The translations under genes were made by a program, and so were the position numbers. DNA of 61,259 nucleotides from Candidatus Uhrbacteria bacterium CG10_big_fil_rev_8_21_14_0_10_48_11 (GTDB lineage: Bacteria; Patescibacteriota; Patescibacteriia; GWA2-46-9), in NCBI GenBank assembly GCA_002793855.1, contig PFET01000009.1, positions 87,749 through 149,007 on the forward strand. Reading direction: 5' to 3'. The notes below the pieces were generated by a model. The model searched no databases. It was not told the origin of the DNA and saw nothing but the letters and a program-made list of their open reading frames with translations. Below are positions 10,256 through 20,305 of this stretch, piece by piece. How positions within the stretch are numbered: the stretch's first letter is position 1; the number at the start of each line of letters is the position of its first letter.

Positions 10256-10585
10256 TTAAGGTAACAACAAAGCGGTTAACAAAACGAGGAACAACGGTAC
10301 CGCAACAGCTGCGCTACTGTGTGCATTGGTCACTAGTAACAGTATAACACCGGCTAACAGGCTAACCAAAACAGCGGCAACGACAGATAGTCGTTTGGGT
10401 TCATTGCCCTCGCTACTATAAAGCACGATCCACGGTCCATAGCAAAATAGAAGTAGCGCTACCAAAAATAAATCAACAGCACCAGACACCATGCCAGGGC
10501 GAAATAACTCCGCCGCAATGTACACAAAAAACCACGCCAATAAAATGACAAAGTACTTTTTATGCTGTTCTGGGTTACCTATCAT
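10256..10585 (-). CDS. Small multi-pass membrane protein
   Basis: About four hydrophobic segments, tightly packed between neighbouring genes. The start at ATG 10585 is a judgement call. Confidence 0.65.
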   Translation of the reverse strand: MIGNPEQHKKYFVILLAWFFVYIAAELFRPGMVSGAVDLFLVALLLFCYGPWIVLYSSEGNEPKRLSVVAAVLVSLLAGVILLLVTNAHSSAAVAVPLFLVLLTALLLP

Positions 10586-11156
10586 ACGCCACAAAACTAT
10601 GTACTCTTAACCAATCAACCAGTGCAGAAAAAGTAAACGGGCGACCAGCAAAGTCAACGGTAAAACCGATAAGATGCGGTGGCGAAGCTGCGTCAGTAAG
10701 ACGAGGAATGGAAATAATAAAACGAACACGCTGATCTCGAACAAGCGCATTGGCAAGTGCAAAGCTGACCGTACTACTAGTAACAATTGAAGACGCCGGC
10801 AGTTCTTGTATGCTATAGCGCCACGACGCTGCAGTTGTTGGCGGCAGAGCAATACCAACACCGAGTGGCACCTCGCTCGCATAAGTAACGGTAACCAACG
10901 CGGTGTCGAGCCTACGAGGCAACCGGACATCCAAATAGAGCGGCTCGGCATTCACTAATACTACCTCTTCTCCGTTTTTATCACGCATCACCGCCACTCT
11001 ACCCTTGGGATAAAGCACGCTAGCTCTTGCTGTTTCGTGTGAAAAATTTGCGCTCATTTCATACTGTCCGCTCGGCAGCGTGTCCTTATACAATAGCCAA
11101 GCCAGCACAACAGCCGGCAAGCATAACAAAACACCGTAGACAGCGCGACGACTCAT
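10575..11156 (-). CDS. Membrane-anchored hypothetical protein
   Basis: N-terminal TM segment. ATG 11156 forms an ATGA overlap with the upstream GT-C-like gene. Confidence 0.7.
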   Translation of the reverse strand: MSRRAVYGVLLCLPAVVLAWLLYKDTLPSGQYEMSANFSHETARASVLYPKGRVAVMRDKNGEEVVLVNAEPLYLDVRLPRRLDTALVTVTYASEVPLGVGIALPPTTAASWRYSIQELPASSIVTSSTVSFALANALVRDQRVRFIISIPRLTDAASPPHLIGFTVDFAGRPFTFSALVDWLRVHSFVAYDR

Positions 11157-12790
11157 AGATGAACTACTGGGTAGAGCCACGCCCCATCAGGCAACGAAAA
11201 CGGTTGATGAACAATTAACCGTTCAGCGCTAAACGCCGCGCGTTCGACATCGGTCAGTTGCTCTAGTCGGTAAACGTAGAGCGGCACCGCGTCCGCAATA
11301 ATCGGCAGCGCCTGCATAACCTCACCATAGGTACTGTATGGCCGGTCACCGGGGCTAATCACTCCGCGTTCAGGGAAAAATAATTTATCAATGCGATCTC
11401 CAACAATGACGGCATTGTCGCCTGTGATGTGGTTCACGGCACTCGCAACATCGCGATACGTTGCCAGACGAGCGGCAACAAGTGCCAGACCTTCACTCTT
11501 GTCAAAATACACTTGCGCAAAGCTAATAAACCCAAGTACCACCATAAGTGAAGCAAGTACTGGCTTTAATCGTGTGTAACCACGAAAAAAATCATACAGT
11601 CCCCAACCGGCATACGGCAGCCACACAGCGTACATTGGCAACCAATAACGAACGTAAGAGTTACCCAACGTTAGGCGCTGCACGCCAACGGTGTCCGCAA
11701 TATGCCAGCTGCCATAGTAGAGAGCAACAACCGTACTAACGAAAAGTGCGCTGTAAAAGTACCAACGCTGTTCGCTAGTAACCGTGCGGCGTTCACGCCA
11801 AGCACCATAGAGACCAAAACTGACCAGTAACCAAAAAGGTAAAACGAGTAGAACTCCGTATTGGAAAAAGTTTTTTACAATACTTAACGGATGAAACCCA
11901 AACGGTAAAACAATACTAAAGAGTGACTGAAGCAGTCCCCCGTGCACCGTTGCGCTCGCCGCGCTGTGTACCGCCTGATAACCGATAGGAAGTGGCAACC
12001 CGTAGAGTACCGTAAAAACTAGCGCCATAAGCGCCGCTAGACTGCCGGCGGAGCTGACCGCAATTGTCAACTGCGCAAGCGTAACCTCTTTGCGTAACGC
12101 CCACAGTGCTGCAAGTCCTAAGGGTAATAGCCAGAGGACTTCGGATGAACGAACAAACAAGGCAAGCATAAAAAGTAACAACGAAAAAGTCAGCCACTCA
12201 ACCGAGTGCTTCTGCTTCAGCAATCGGCAGTATCCCCAGACCGAAAAAATAATGAGATCAAGAAAAAGAACATTGTGATAAAAACCACGACTGGCGTAGT
12301 ACCAGAGCGCCGGATGAATAGCCAAAAGAGCCGCTGCCAGTAGCGCGCTCTTTGCCGAGAATAGTCGTCGCCATGCGCCGTAGGCAGCCAGGAGTGCAAG
12401 CACGGTAAAAAACGGGGTCAGATACGGCAATGTTGCTTTACCGACCACTAACGCAAAGCCGCCATAAAGAAGCGGCAGACCAATGAAACTTGCCGGTACA
12501 AGATAATCACCAATCGACAACATTGCCCGCGGGTGTATAACACCACCTACAGAACTCGAAAGCGGTTCAAAAAAATGAAGACCGGAACCACCGGCAACCG
12601 TTGTGCTAAAAAAGTAGTTTGCAGTTTCGTCCGGAGAGTTAAAACGTAGTGGCGAAGACGATGCTGCCCACGGGAAAAAGGCGTAGAGTAAAAAAGCCAG
12701 TACTGCCATCAGCAACACAATCGATAGTTGTGCGCTTGCGTAGCGGCGTATGGTATGCGTTGCTGAATTGATTACCGTTTGAATCGTCAT
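11153..12790 (-). CDS. GT-C-fold (PMT/ArnT-like) membrane glycosyltransferase, putative
   Basis: Many TM helices, the first-loop motif RFNSPDETANY with an acidic DE pair typical of GT-C enzymes, and later YVRYWLP and C-terminal soluble segments. Confidence 0.65.
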   Translation of the reverse strand: MTIQTVINSATHTIRRYASAQLSIVLLMAVLAFLLYAFFPWAASSSPLRFNSPDETANYFFSTTVAGGSGLHFFEPLSSSVGGVIHPRAMLSIGDYLVPASFIGLPLLYGGFALVVGKATLPYLTPFFTVLALLAAYGAWRRLFSAKSALLAAALLAIHPALWYYASRGFYHNVLFLDLIIFSVWGYCRLLKQKHSVEWLTFSLLLFMLALFVRSSEVLWLLPLGLAALWALRKEVTLAQLTIAVSSAGSLAALMALVFTVLYGLPLPIGYQAVHSAASATVHGGLLQSLFSIVLPFGFHPLSIVKNFFQYGVLLVLPFWLLVSFGLYGAWRERRTVTSEQRWYFYSALFVSTVVALYYGSWHIADTVGVQRLTLGNSYVRYWLPMYAVWLPYAGWGLYDFFRGYTRLKPVLASLMVVLGFISFAQVYFDKSEGLALVAARLATYRDVASAVNHITGDNAVIVGDRIDKLFFPERGVISPGDRPYSTYGEVMQALPIIADAVPLYVYRLEQLTDVERAAFSAERLIVHQPFSLPDGAWLYPVVHL

Positions 12791-12814
12791 TCGTCTCTAG
12801 GTACAATACCAGTT

Positions 12815-14932
12815 ATGTATAGAAACACTATTGCAGCTATCCCCCCTCTTCTCATTTTGGGTGCTATAACCCTAAATACGACACTTTGGCACCTTCCGCT
12901 CATCGGTATTGTTGCTGCACTTTTCTACCTACTGCTTTACGCCAACCTCGCAGGCAAGGTATTTGTACGCAATGGCGATGCCCTACCGCAAACCTTCTTC
13001 GGCTTTTTTATCTTGCTGGCGTGCTTTTCGCTGATAGGAACCGGCCTCTATTACCTGCACAACCTAGGCGCGGCTTCCATTCTTGCGACGCTTATTATGG
13101 TGGCGCTGGCCCTCACCGTTGCCACCTTGCGCAACCCGCACTATGCAAAATCAGCGGTTTCTATAAGTATATCACAGCAACACGTGCGTCCGCCCATTCT
13201 TTTTTTCTGGGCAATCATGGTTGTGGCGCTCGCCTTCGCTACAAAATTTCTACTCCTAGCAAGAACGTCTGAAGCCATTCGTTCACCATGGGGCGTTATC
13301 GATCCCGCTTTTTTCACTTGGTACTTCCTCGCTGCAGTTGCAGCGCTTTGTATCATCTTTTTTTCTAAAAACAGCAGACCCGTCACCACAACAGTCATGC
13401 TTGGATTACTGACAATGCCAGCAACGCTTCTTGGTGTGTTGGTTTACCGCGTCGGTTTTGGTTTCGACCCATTTGTACACCAAGCGACAGAATCGCTCAT
13501 TGCCACAACGGGCGTAGTTCATCCTAAACCGTTCTACTATATTGGCCAGTACGCGCTTGTTGTTATTTTGCATACCCTAACCGGCGTGTCAGTACCGCTT
13601 CTCGATACTTGGTTGTTGCCCACGCTTTCACTTTTACTTTTCCCAACCGCGCTTTTCGGCGCTTTACGTTCAACCGGCATACCTACCAAAATCGCGGCGC
13701 TAACTTCATTGTTACTTTTGGCGCTTCCTCGAACGGCATTTATTGCCACAACGCCACAAGGGCTCGCCGACCTTGTTTTTGTCATCGCTATTTTTCTTTA
13801 CTATCGACAACAGGCTTCGGAGTCACGCACTCTCAACTGGCTGTTGATACTGCTTGCCCTGGTCGCGCTCGCTATTCATCCTCTAGCCGGACTACCGGCG
13901 CTCTTTTTGGTTTGCTTTCATCTCTCTAACGCTTACCGCCCAAAGAGTCGCACTCTTTATGGTGTAGTTACCACTCTTGCCGCTCTCACCTTGCCGCTCA
14001 TTCTTTTTTTGCAAAACAGCACCCGCGCTGCCAGCAAAGCCATTGCCACGTTGCCAACCGTGCCAGCAGAAAACGTGTCGCGTGGCTTACTCTACCTTGA
14101 AGAGCATTACCATCTTCTACTCGATGGCGTTTACCTCTACGCCTTCAATCTCCAGCTTATACTGCTACTGCTTGCCGCTTCGGGTGTCTACCTACTTATC
14201 AAACAAAAACAGTTAAGGCGTTACTACGCCCTGCTAACGCTTAGCGTCATTTTGCTTGCAGACGCTGTAGCCGTACAACATTTTATCCCCTTCTCTTTCT
14301 TAATCGACTACGAGCGCGGCAACTTTACCGGTCGCATTTTCTTTCTTGCCTTTGTTTCTCTGCTCCCATTTGTTGCTGTTTCGTTAAATGCTTTCTTCGC
14401 GCGCCTCCTCAAAGCGCCCCGCTCGGTTATGGTTTTCTTTATACTCTTCATTTCGGCTCTCGCGACCGCGGGCGTATACCTTAGCTACCCGCGCTTTGAT
14501 ACCTACCAGTTTGATCGTGGCTACTCAACCAGCGTTCACGATGTGAGTGCGGTAAACGTTATTGATAGTAACGCTACCGGCGACTACGTCGTACTTGCTG
14601 ACCAAGCGGTCGCCGCGGCGGCATTGAAAGAACTTGGATTTCAAAAGTATTTCGCCCCTACTTACGGACAAAGTGGTGAGCCCATTTTCTTCTACCCCAT
14701 ACCAACTGGCGGTCTTTTGTACCAAGACTATTTAAAAATGGTCTACGAAAAAGCTGATCGAGGTCCTATTGATGAAGCGCTTACTCTCACGGGCGCCAGT
14801 GAAGCGTATTTTGTACTGAATGACTACTGGTTTGATTTTGAAAAAATCCGCGATACAGCAAAGCTATACGCTGACGACTGGCAAGAAATTGACGGCGGGA
14901 AGCTGACGGTTTTTCACTACACCAAAAAGTAA
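12815..14932 (+). CDS. Large multi-pass membrane protein, putative GT-C-type glycosyltransferase
   Basis: At least 15 hydrophobic segments, a GFDPFVH loop motif and a C-terminal soluble domain. The start at ATG 12815 follows TACAAT-N7, a leaderless arrangement. Confidence 0.6.
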   Translation: MYRNTIAAIPPLLILGAITLNTTLWHLPLIGIVAALFYLLLYANLAGKVFVRNGDALPQTFFGFFILLACFSLIGTGLYYLHNLGAASILATLIMVALALTVATLRNPHYAKSAVSISISQQHVRPPILFFWAIMVVALAFATKFLLLARTSEAIRSPWGVIDPAFFTWYFLAAVAALCIIFFSKNSRPVTTTVMLGLLTMPATLLGVLVYRVGFGFDPFVHQATESLIATTGVVHPKPFYYIGQYALVVILHTLTGVSVPLLDTWLLPTLSLLLFPTALFGALRSTGIPTKIAALTSLLLLALPRTAFIATTPQGLADLVFVIAIFLYYRQQASESRTLNWLLILLALVALAIHPLAGLPALFLVCFHLSNAYRPKSRTLYGVVTTLAALTLPLILFLQNSTRAASKAIATLPTVPAENVSRGLLYLEEHYHLLLDGVYLYAFNLQLILLLLAASGVYLLIKQKQLRRYYALLTLSVILLADAVAVQHFIPFSFLIDYERGNFTGRIFFLAFVSLLPFVAVSLNAFFARLLKAPRSVMVFFILFISALATAGVYLSYPRFDTYQFDRGYSTSVHDVSAVNVIDSNATGDYVVLADQAVAAAALKELGFQKYFAPTYGQSGEPIFFYPIPTGGLLYQDYLKMVYEKADRGPIDEALTLTGASEAYFVLNDYWFDFEKIRDTAKLYADDWQEIDGGKLTVFHYTKK

Positions 14933-14937
14933 TTTTG

Positions 14938-14979
14938 GTGGCGAGGTCGGATGCGTTTTTTCGCACCCGGCCTCGCCAC
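14938..14979. terminator. 18-bp stem hairpin between convergent genes
   Basis: GTGGCGAGGTCGGATGCG / T6 loop / CGCACCCGGCCTCGCCAC. Confidence 0.6.
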
Positions 14980-14983
14980 GTCT

Positions 14984-15415
14984 TCAGAGCTTGACCTCGT
15001 GGCGACCAAATGATTTTGCGCTCAGCTCCTGCGCGGCGATCCTGACATCTCCGCAAACCTGGAACGTTGAACCGAGAGCCGTGTAGAACTCGCTTGACCC
15101 CTCCAAAGGTATGAAGAAGACCAGAACGTCGCCGTCCTGAATCTCGGCCTCCCTCCGCAGCAGCTCTGGCAAATCAGTTACCCCCGGAATGATGGGCGTT
15201 CTCTGAATCTCAGGTGCAGGCATCTCCGGAATCTTCTGGGTTACCCGTGTAGCCACATGAGCGAGGCCTTTACACGCGTACGCTTTCACCTCGGACCAGC
15301 TTCTTCTGCGAATCTGGCGCCCAGGCCGACCTATGAATTCTCCGAGCTTGTCAACGGCGTTGTTAACGTCGCCATGACTGGCGTCGGGTTTCATTGCTAC
15401 CACTACCACAAACAT
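14984..15415 (-). CDS. Hypothetical protein (143 aa)
   Basis: ATG is preceded by GGAGG and followed by a hairpin. No motif was recognised. Confidence 0.5.
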   Translation of the reverse strand: MFVVVVAMKPDASHGDVNNAVDKLGEFIGRPGRQIRRRSWSEVKAYACKGLAHVATRVTQKIPEMPAPEIQRTPIIPGVTDLPELLRREAEIQDGDVLVFFIPLEGSSEFYTALGSTFQVCGDVRIAAQELSAKSFGRHEVKL

Positions 15416-15435
15416 CTTCCGTTTTTCCTCCGATC

Positions 15436-15687
15436 CTAATCCCAGATCATCGTCTGGGGCTCAGCAGTGTCAATCATAACAAAGTTGACCATGGAATCGT
15501 TGCATCTCCTCTCTATACCTCTCTCTGAGAGAACGCGCTCTGCCGTAGTAGGGCTGAGAAAGAACAGCGCTACCCCATCCGGATCCTCTGTCGTGGCCTC
15601 ACCCAGATACGGGTCGAGCCGACACAAGAGGCTCTTTTTGCGCCGCCCTGATACCAAGCGGCCCAGTGATCTGATCAGCCATAACAC
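15436..15687 (-). CDS. Hypothetical protein, possibly the frameshifted 3' half of the 15599-15847 ORF
   Basis: It overlaps the upstream ORF by 89 nt in another frame and has no clear start signal. Confidence 0.3.
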   Translation of the reverse strand: MLWLIRSLGRLVSGRRKKSLLCRLDPYLGEATTEDPDGVALFFLSPTTAERVLSERGIERRCNDSMVNFVMIDTAEPQTMIWD

Positions 15688-15847
15688 GCTCCGACTCAGA
15701 CTCTACGTAGAGCCAGTTGTGATTGTTGTCGCACCCGTGGCGTGAAAAAAATCCTTCCATCCTAGCACTTGCCGTGACCAGCTGGTTTGCTTTGCTGGAT
15801 GGGTCGTGCACCTCCGTACCCACCCAAAGAATAACTACAAATTTCAA
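15599..15847 (-). CDS. Hypothetical protein (82 aa)
   Basis: The TTG start is preceded by a strong SD, AGTAGGAGGAG. Confidence 0.4.
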   Translation of the reverse strand: MKFVVILWVGTEVHDPSSKANQLVTASARMEGFFSRHGCDNNHNWLYVESESERVMADQITGPLGIRAAQKEPLVSARPVSG

Positions 15848-15890
15848 TGAACTCCTCCTACTCTTTTTGGGTTGCCATTACCCTAGTCAA

Positions 15891-17066
15891 TCAGGTCTTT
15901 TGCGTCAAGTCAATAAGTTTTTCAATGTATTCTTTAGGGGTAGCAAAAACAACGGGCGCAACACTATCCCCAACCTTTGTACTGTCTATACTTTCAAAAA
16001 GTGCTTTCGCTAACGCACCACTGTCCCCTGCTGGCACCATTTTAATACCAGAAGAAAGTGCTGTCAGCTCTGCCATACCGCCACTATCGCTCGCCACAAC
16101 AAGTACGCCACGACTTAACGCCTCTATGATGCTTCGCGGACAATTTTCTAACAACAATGACGGGTACACAAACACGTCGGCAACTTCCCAGATGGCATCG
16201 AGCTGCTCTTGTGTTAAAAAGCCACTTGCAATAATACTCGTATCTCGCGTAGCCGCCTTTTGCACGGCACTCAAATAACTGCCAGCGCCAACCAACAACA
16301 ACCGGCAATTCTCGTGCTTCATTTGAGACCATGCCTCAAGTAAAACGGTAATGCCTTTCTGTTTTTCTATCTGACCAATGTAAACGAAATTGATACCGTC
16401 ATGCCCTTTCTTTTTCTGGTTGCTGGTTGGTGCCGCATTTGGCAGCACCACTTTTTTTGTTTTAGAAAATAAACCGTACCGCGTATAAAAATCGTTCAAA
16501 AATTGTGAAGGAAATATCGTTATGGGTATAGACGAAAAAAGATAACGAGTGAGCAATCGGTAAACGCGCCTTAGGGGCGAGCGCAAACGTCGCGCCTCCT
16601 CACCGGAAAACAAAAGTCCGCTTGGCTCTACTAGCTGCACATCATGAACGATATGCACGTAGCGTTTCGCGTGCTTGGCAAAGAGTCGCGGCAGCAGGTA
16701 GCCAAGTCCTCGCAGGTTATGGGTAACTACAAGGTCAGGCTGCTCTCTACTAAGCACACGGCGCGCGACAACGTACGAATGCAAATTACAAATATCAATC
16801 ATTCCCCACAACGCTCGCGCCAGCATACTATGCTTACCAATAAACGCGTACGAAAAAAGATTGAGAGGGAAAAAACGGTACACGCTTTCTTTCCCTTCTA
16901 GAGAAAGCTCAGCCCTAAAAGATTTAGATCCTGCGAATGGCGTAGTTGTTAGGATACTCACTTGCCATCCCGCTTCTTGAAACCCTTCACTCATCGTTTG
17001 GACAACCGTTTCTGCGCCGCCCCTACTGTACGGCCGGTAAAGGTTCGAAACAGTCAGTACTTTCAT
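15891..17066 (-). CDS. Glycosyltransferase family 4
   Basis: GGAETVV, G-x-IEKQKG and ENCPRSIIEALSRG (Ex7E) motifs. Confidence 0.9.
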   Translation of the reverse strand: MKVLTVSNLYRPYSRGGAETVVQTMSEGFQEAGWQVSILTTTPFAGSKSFRAELSLEGKESVYRFFPLNLFSYAFIGKHSMLARALWGMIDICNLHSYVVARRVLSREQPDLVVTHNLRGLGYLLPRLFAKHAKRYVHIVHDVQLVEPSGLLFSGEEARRLRSPLRRVYRLLTRYLFSSIPITIFPSQFLNDFYTRYGLFSKTKKVVLPNAAPTSNQKKKGHDGINFVYIGQIEKQKGITVLLEAWSQMKHENCRLLLVGAGSYLSAVQKAATRDTSIIASGFLTQEQLDAIWEVADVFVYPSLLLENCPRSIIEALSRGVLVVASDSGGMAELTALSSGIKMVPAGDSGALAKALFESIDSTKVGDSVAPVVFATPKEYIEKLIDLTQKT

Positions 17067-18220
17067 AGAACAAGCGTGAGCAGTTCTGCCAATTTGTCGC
17101 CGATTACTTTTTTACTGTACTCACTCTCTACCACTACCCGACCACGTTCTCCGTACCGTTCGGCAACCGCAGGACGGGTAAGAAGGTGAAGCAACGTTTC
17201 GCCAAGCGCTTTGCTGTCCTCCGCTTCTACTAATTGTCCGGTTTCGCCATCTCGTACCACGCGACGCACACCGGCAAGATCAGAAGCAACCGTTGCCCTA
17301 CCGCTTGCCATCGCTTCTAGTAACACAAGTCCAAAGGCTTCTGACGCGTCTATCGAAGGTAGCACAACAACGTTTGCTAAGCGGTAATAATTTGGCAACT
17401 CGTCATTGCTAACACCGCCAACAAAACCAACAGCATCTTCTATACCAAGTTTTTTTGCCAATCGTTCAAATGATTTGCGTTTGTCCCCTTCACCGATAAG
17501 CAGCAGCTTTGCATTTGGCAGCGCGCAAAGCACGCTTCGCCATGCGGTAAGTAGCATCGGAACTCCTTTAAAATAATGGGCACTGTCCAAACCACCAACA
17601 AACAGCGCAACTGGCGTATCGCTTTCAAACCCGTACTCTTTCGTCAGCAGCTTTGGTCGCTCTGCTGGAAAAAATCTTTCGGTATCAACGGCCAGTGGTA
17701 ATTCTCGAAGACGTTTATCTATTGTTTTCAAATGCGGAGCCAACAGCGACTGTTCAGCGTAATCTCTGGTGCTCACTAAAATAAGTTTTGCGTGCGCCAA
17801 CAAGGGCGCGAGGTAACGGCGATGATAGCGCGCAAACAAAAATTTCTTCCAGCCGTGCCCGACAGTATCCATATGGTAATACACAACCAATTGTTGGTGA
17901 GGTAGTACACCGTTTTTGGCGTACCCTTCCGCGCCGCCAATAAACGGGTAGTGCAAAAACACGATATCGCTATCTTTTGTCTGCTGGCGAAGGGTCGGCG
18001 CAAAAGCCGCGTTGCCATAGCGAAGCACCGACAGGCATCTAACCACCTTTACTCCCCCAGCGCTCTCTACGGCCTTTCCGGCGCCCCCAGCAGGGGTATA
18101 GACAGTCACGTCATAGCCGCGCGCCGCCAATGATTGCGCCTGCTCGACGGCAACGTTTCCCATACCGCCGGCGTAGGGCGGATACGTAGAAACGACAATG
18201 GCGACTTTGGGTGTACTCAT
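17063..18220 (-). CDS. Glycosyltransferase family 4
   Basis: YPPYAGGM, HYFKG and EAFGLVLLEAMASG motifs. The true start is ATG 18220 (MSTPKV); the track ORF is over-extended. Confidence 0.9.
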   Translation of the reverse strand: MSTPKVAIVVSTYPPYAGGMGNVAVEQAQSLAARGYDVTVYTPAGGAGKAVESAGGVKVVRCLSVLRYGNAAFAPTLRQQTKDSDIVFLHYPFIGGAEGYAKNGVLPHQQLVVYYHMDTVGHGWKKFLFARYHRRYLAPLLAHAKLILVSTRDYAEQSLLAPHLKTIDKRLRELPLAVDTERFFPAERPKLLTKEYGFESDTPVALFVGGLDSAHYFKGVPMLLTAWRSVLCALPNAKLLLIGEGDKRKSFERLAKKLGIEDAVGFVGGVSNDELPNYYRLANVVVLPSIDASEAFGLVLLEAMASGRATVASDLAGVRRVVRDGETGQLVEAEDSKALGETLLHLLTRPAVAERYGERGRVVVESEYSKKVIGDKLAELLTLVL

Positions 18221-19296
18221 TACCAAAAGATAATAGCGCGAATTAAGAGGTAATAAAACTCCAAAAAAGGATTCACGAAGTAGAGTGGCGTCGCGGCGAC
18301 TGCTTGGTAACGAACACTTCCGCTCATATGACGTAACACTTCGCTGTCCTTTACCGTACGCGTTTTTTGTCGCCGAGCACGTTCTTTCATTAGTTCGGAA
18401 AAATGAACAACAATGTAGAGATACCCTTTTACCTTTAATGGCAACCAACCCTTAAAAAGCGCAAAACCAACAATGCCGACTTCCATCGCGAACCACGCCG
18501 GAAACATAAGCAAGAGGGTCAGCCAGTGATAATTTTGCAAAAGTACAATAAGCCGATTACGCTCACCGTAATAATATTTGATATTCGCCGAACGGCTAAA
18601 CTCGTAGCGATGAAAGGCACGCGCTGAAGGCACTAGTACACTTTTCTTTCCGGCTAGTAAAATACGCCACCCAAAATCGAGATCCTCGTGGTACATAAAA
18701 AAAGCTTCAGGGAAAAGTCCCAGCGTTTTTACGTCGGCCGTTCTCACCATCAGCGCCGCGCCTGACGCGTACGTCACCTGACGCGGTGCTTTAAGGTACG
18801 GCACCAATGCTCCGCTGGTTATCTTTTCTCCTTCCCTGTCAGAAAAACCAAACCCAAGGTAGTGAATGCAATTACCCGCAGAGTTTACTTGCTCTCTGTC
18901 TTGATCAAGCAAAATAAGCGCCTGCGCCGCTGCCGCCTCTTTTTCGTTTTGAAGAGCAGCAACAAGCTCCGACAAACAGTTGTCAGCAACAAAGCAATCT
19001 TGATTAATAAAGGCAACATACGACGCGCCACATTTTTGTGCTTCAGTAAAGCCGCGCGTGCAGGCACCGACAAAGCCGGTATTCGTCTGTTCTTCAACAA
19101 TTGCTACCGACGGATACTGCTTACGAACATTTAAAACCGAATCGTCCGTAGACGCATTATCGACAACAATGACAGCTAGCTTTGCGCCAACAGATTTTTT
19201 CAACGCTGCAAGACAACGCAGCGTGTCGTTGCCGCCGTTAAAGCTGGGTACGACAACAGCAAGAGACGGGTTACCGTTCATCGTCCCCTTGATCAT
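18220..19296 (-). CDS. Glycosyltransferase family 2 (rhamnosyltransferase-like)
   Basis: VVDNASTD, NTGF, NQD, SGAA and FFMYHEDLDFGWR motifs. The start may be 19281. Confidence 0.88.
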   Translation of the reverse strand: MIKGTMNGNPSLAVVVPSFNGGNDTLRCLAALKKSVGAKLAVIVVDNASTDDSVLNVRKQYPSVAIVEEQTNTGFVGACTRGFTEAQKCGASYVAFINQDCFVADNCLSELVAALQNEKEAAAAQALILLDQDREQVNSAGNCIHYLGFGFSDREGEKITSGALVPYLKAPRQVTYASGAALMVRTADVKTLGLFPEAFFMYHEDLDFGWRILLAGKKSVLVPSARAFHRYEFSRSANIKYYYGERNRLIVLLQNYHWLTLLLMFPAWFAMEVGIVGFALFKGWLPLKVKGYLYIVVHFSELMKERARRQKTRTVKDSEVLRHMSGSVRYQAVAATPLYFVNPFLEFYYLLIRAIIFW

Positions 19297-19618
19297 CTAC
19301 TTCGTCACTGAGCGCCAACGAGCGTACCAATTCGGTAAGGGAGTGTTCTAGCCTATCTGTCTTTCTTGACTGCTGAAAGAGCGCGTAAAAGAGAAGCAGT
19401 ATAGAAACATACAGTACGGCATCAACACCACGTCCCACACCAAGAAAACGCGCTGCCGCATCGGTCGTCTGCGGCAGGTAAACAACAATCACCGTTGCCA
19501 CCCAAAACAAAAGCCACCACAACAGCTTACGCCGGTCGAGCGTACCGCCGCGGTAACTTTTCACCGCTCGCCAAGCGGCAAACAGCGCGAAGAGGGTAAT
19601 CAGCCACTGTATCGGCAT
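19271..19618 (-). CDS. DUF2304-like membrane protein
   Basis: Three TM segments with LGVGRGVD and a C-terminal coiled segment (LEHSLTELVRSLAL), directly downstream of a DPM-synthase-like GT2. Confidence 0.75.
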   Translation of the reverse strand: MPIQWLITLFALFAAWRAVKSYRGGTLDRRKLLWWLLFWVATVIVVYLPQTTDAAARFLGVGRGVDAVLYVSILLLFYALFQQSRKTDRLEHSLTELVRSLALSDEVDDQGDDER

Positions 19619-19620
19619 AG

Positions 19621-20298
19621 CTAGTCGTGAGGGAAAAATTTATCCAGCACCAAATCGCGCACAATCCTAACGGCGTTCAGCTTACGTTGACCGCGAGCGA
19701 TAGCGTACGGCGTGTAATGGATAGTTACCGGCACCTCAACGTAGCGTAAAGATAAATCAGCAATACCGTCGATAATTTCTGAGGCGTGCGCCATACCGTC
19801 TTGCCTCACCGGCAGACGCCTCGCGGCATTTGCAGAAAACGCGCGCAGCCCATTGTTGGTATCGGTCAACCAAATACCGGAAAAGATACGGGTAAATAAA
19901 ATACCGGCTTTGAGTAGCAACCGCTTAGCGAAAGGCAAGTTTGGTGCGCTACCAAGAAAACGAGAGCCAAGCACCACGTCGCACACGTCGTTCACAATAG
20001 GTTTTACTAGCGCTTCAATATCGTTACTGTCATGCTGTCCATCAGCATCAAAATGCACAAGAACCTCCGCGCCGTGGCGAAGCGCGTACTGCGCACCAGT
20101 AGCAAGCGCCGCGCCTTGCCCGCGGTTGATGCGATGATGCAGCACTACTGCGCCGGCACGTTTTGCTTCGGCTGCTGTAGCGTCAGTAGAACCGTCGTCA
20201 ACAACAACCACCCGTTGAACGCGCGGCAAAACCGAGGCAACCACCGCCGCGATGCCGCTCGCTTCGTTGAAGGCGGGAATGACGGCAAAAATCCGCAT
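19621..20298 (-). CDS. Glycosyltransferase family 2 (polyprenol-phosphate glycosyltransferase/DPM1-like)
   Basis: IPAFNEA, VVDDGSTD, NRGQGAA, DADGQH, GSRF and TDTNNGLRAF motifs. Confidence 0.9.
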   Translation of the reverse strand: MRIFAVIPAFNEASGIAAVVASVLPRVQRVVVVDDGSTDATAAEAKRAGAVVLHHRINRGQGAALATGAQYALRHGAEVLVHFDADGQHDSNDIEALVKPIVNDVCDVVLGSRFLGSAPNLPFAKRLLLKAGILFTRIFSGIWLTDTNNGLRAFSANAARRLPVRQDGMAHASEIIDGIADLSLRYVEVPVTIHYTPYAIARGQRKLNAVRIVRDLVLDKFFPHD

Positions 20299-20305
20299 AA
20301 CGCAA

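Noticed and set aside
17063-17066. Full TGA reassignment (code 25 or code 4)
   Set aside because: TGA is the true stop in several ATGA overlaps (17063, 11153, 30619, 38670), and conserved C-termini end there. Only leaky read-through remains possible.
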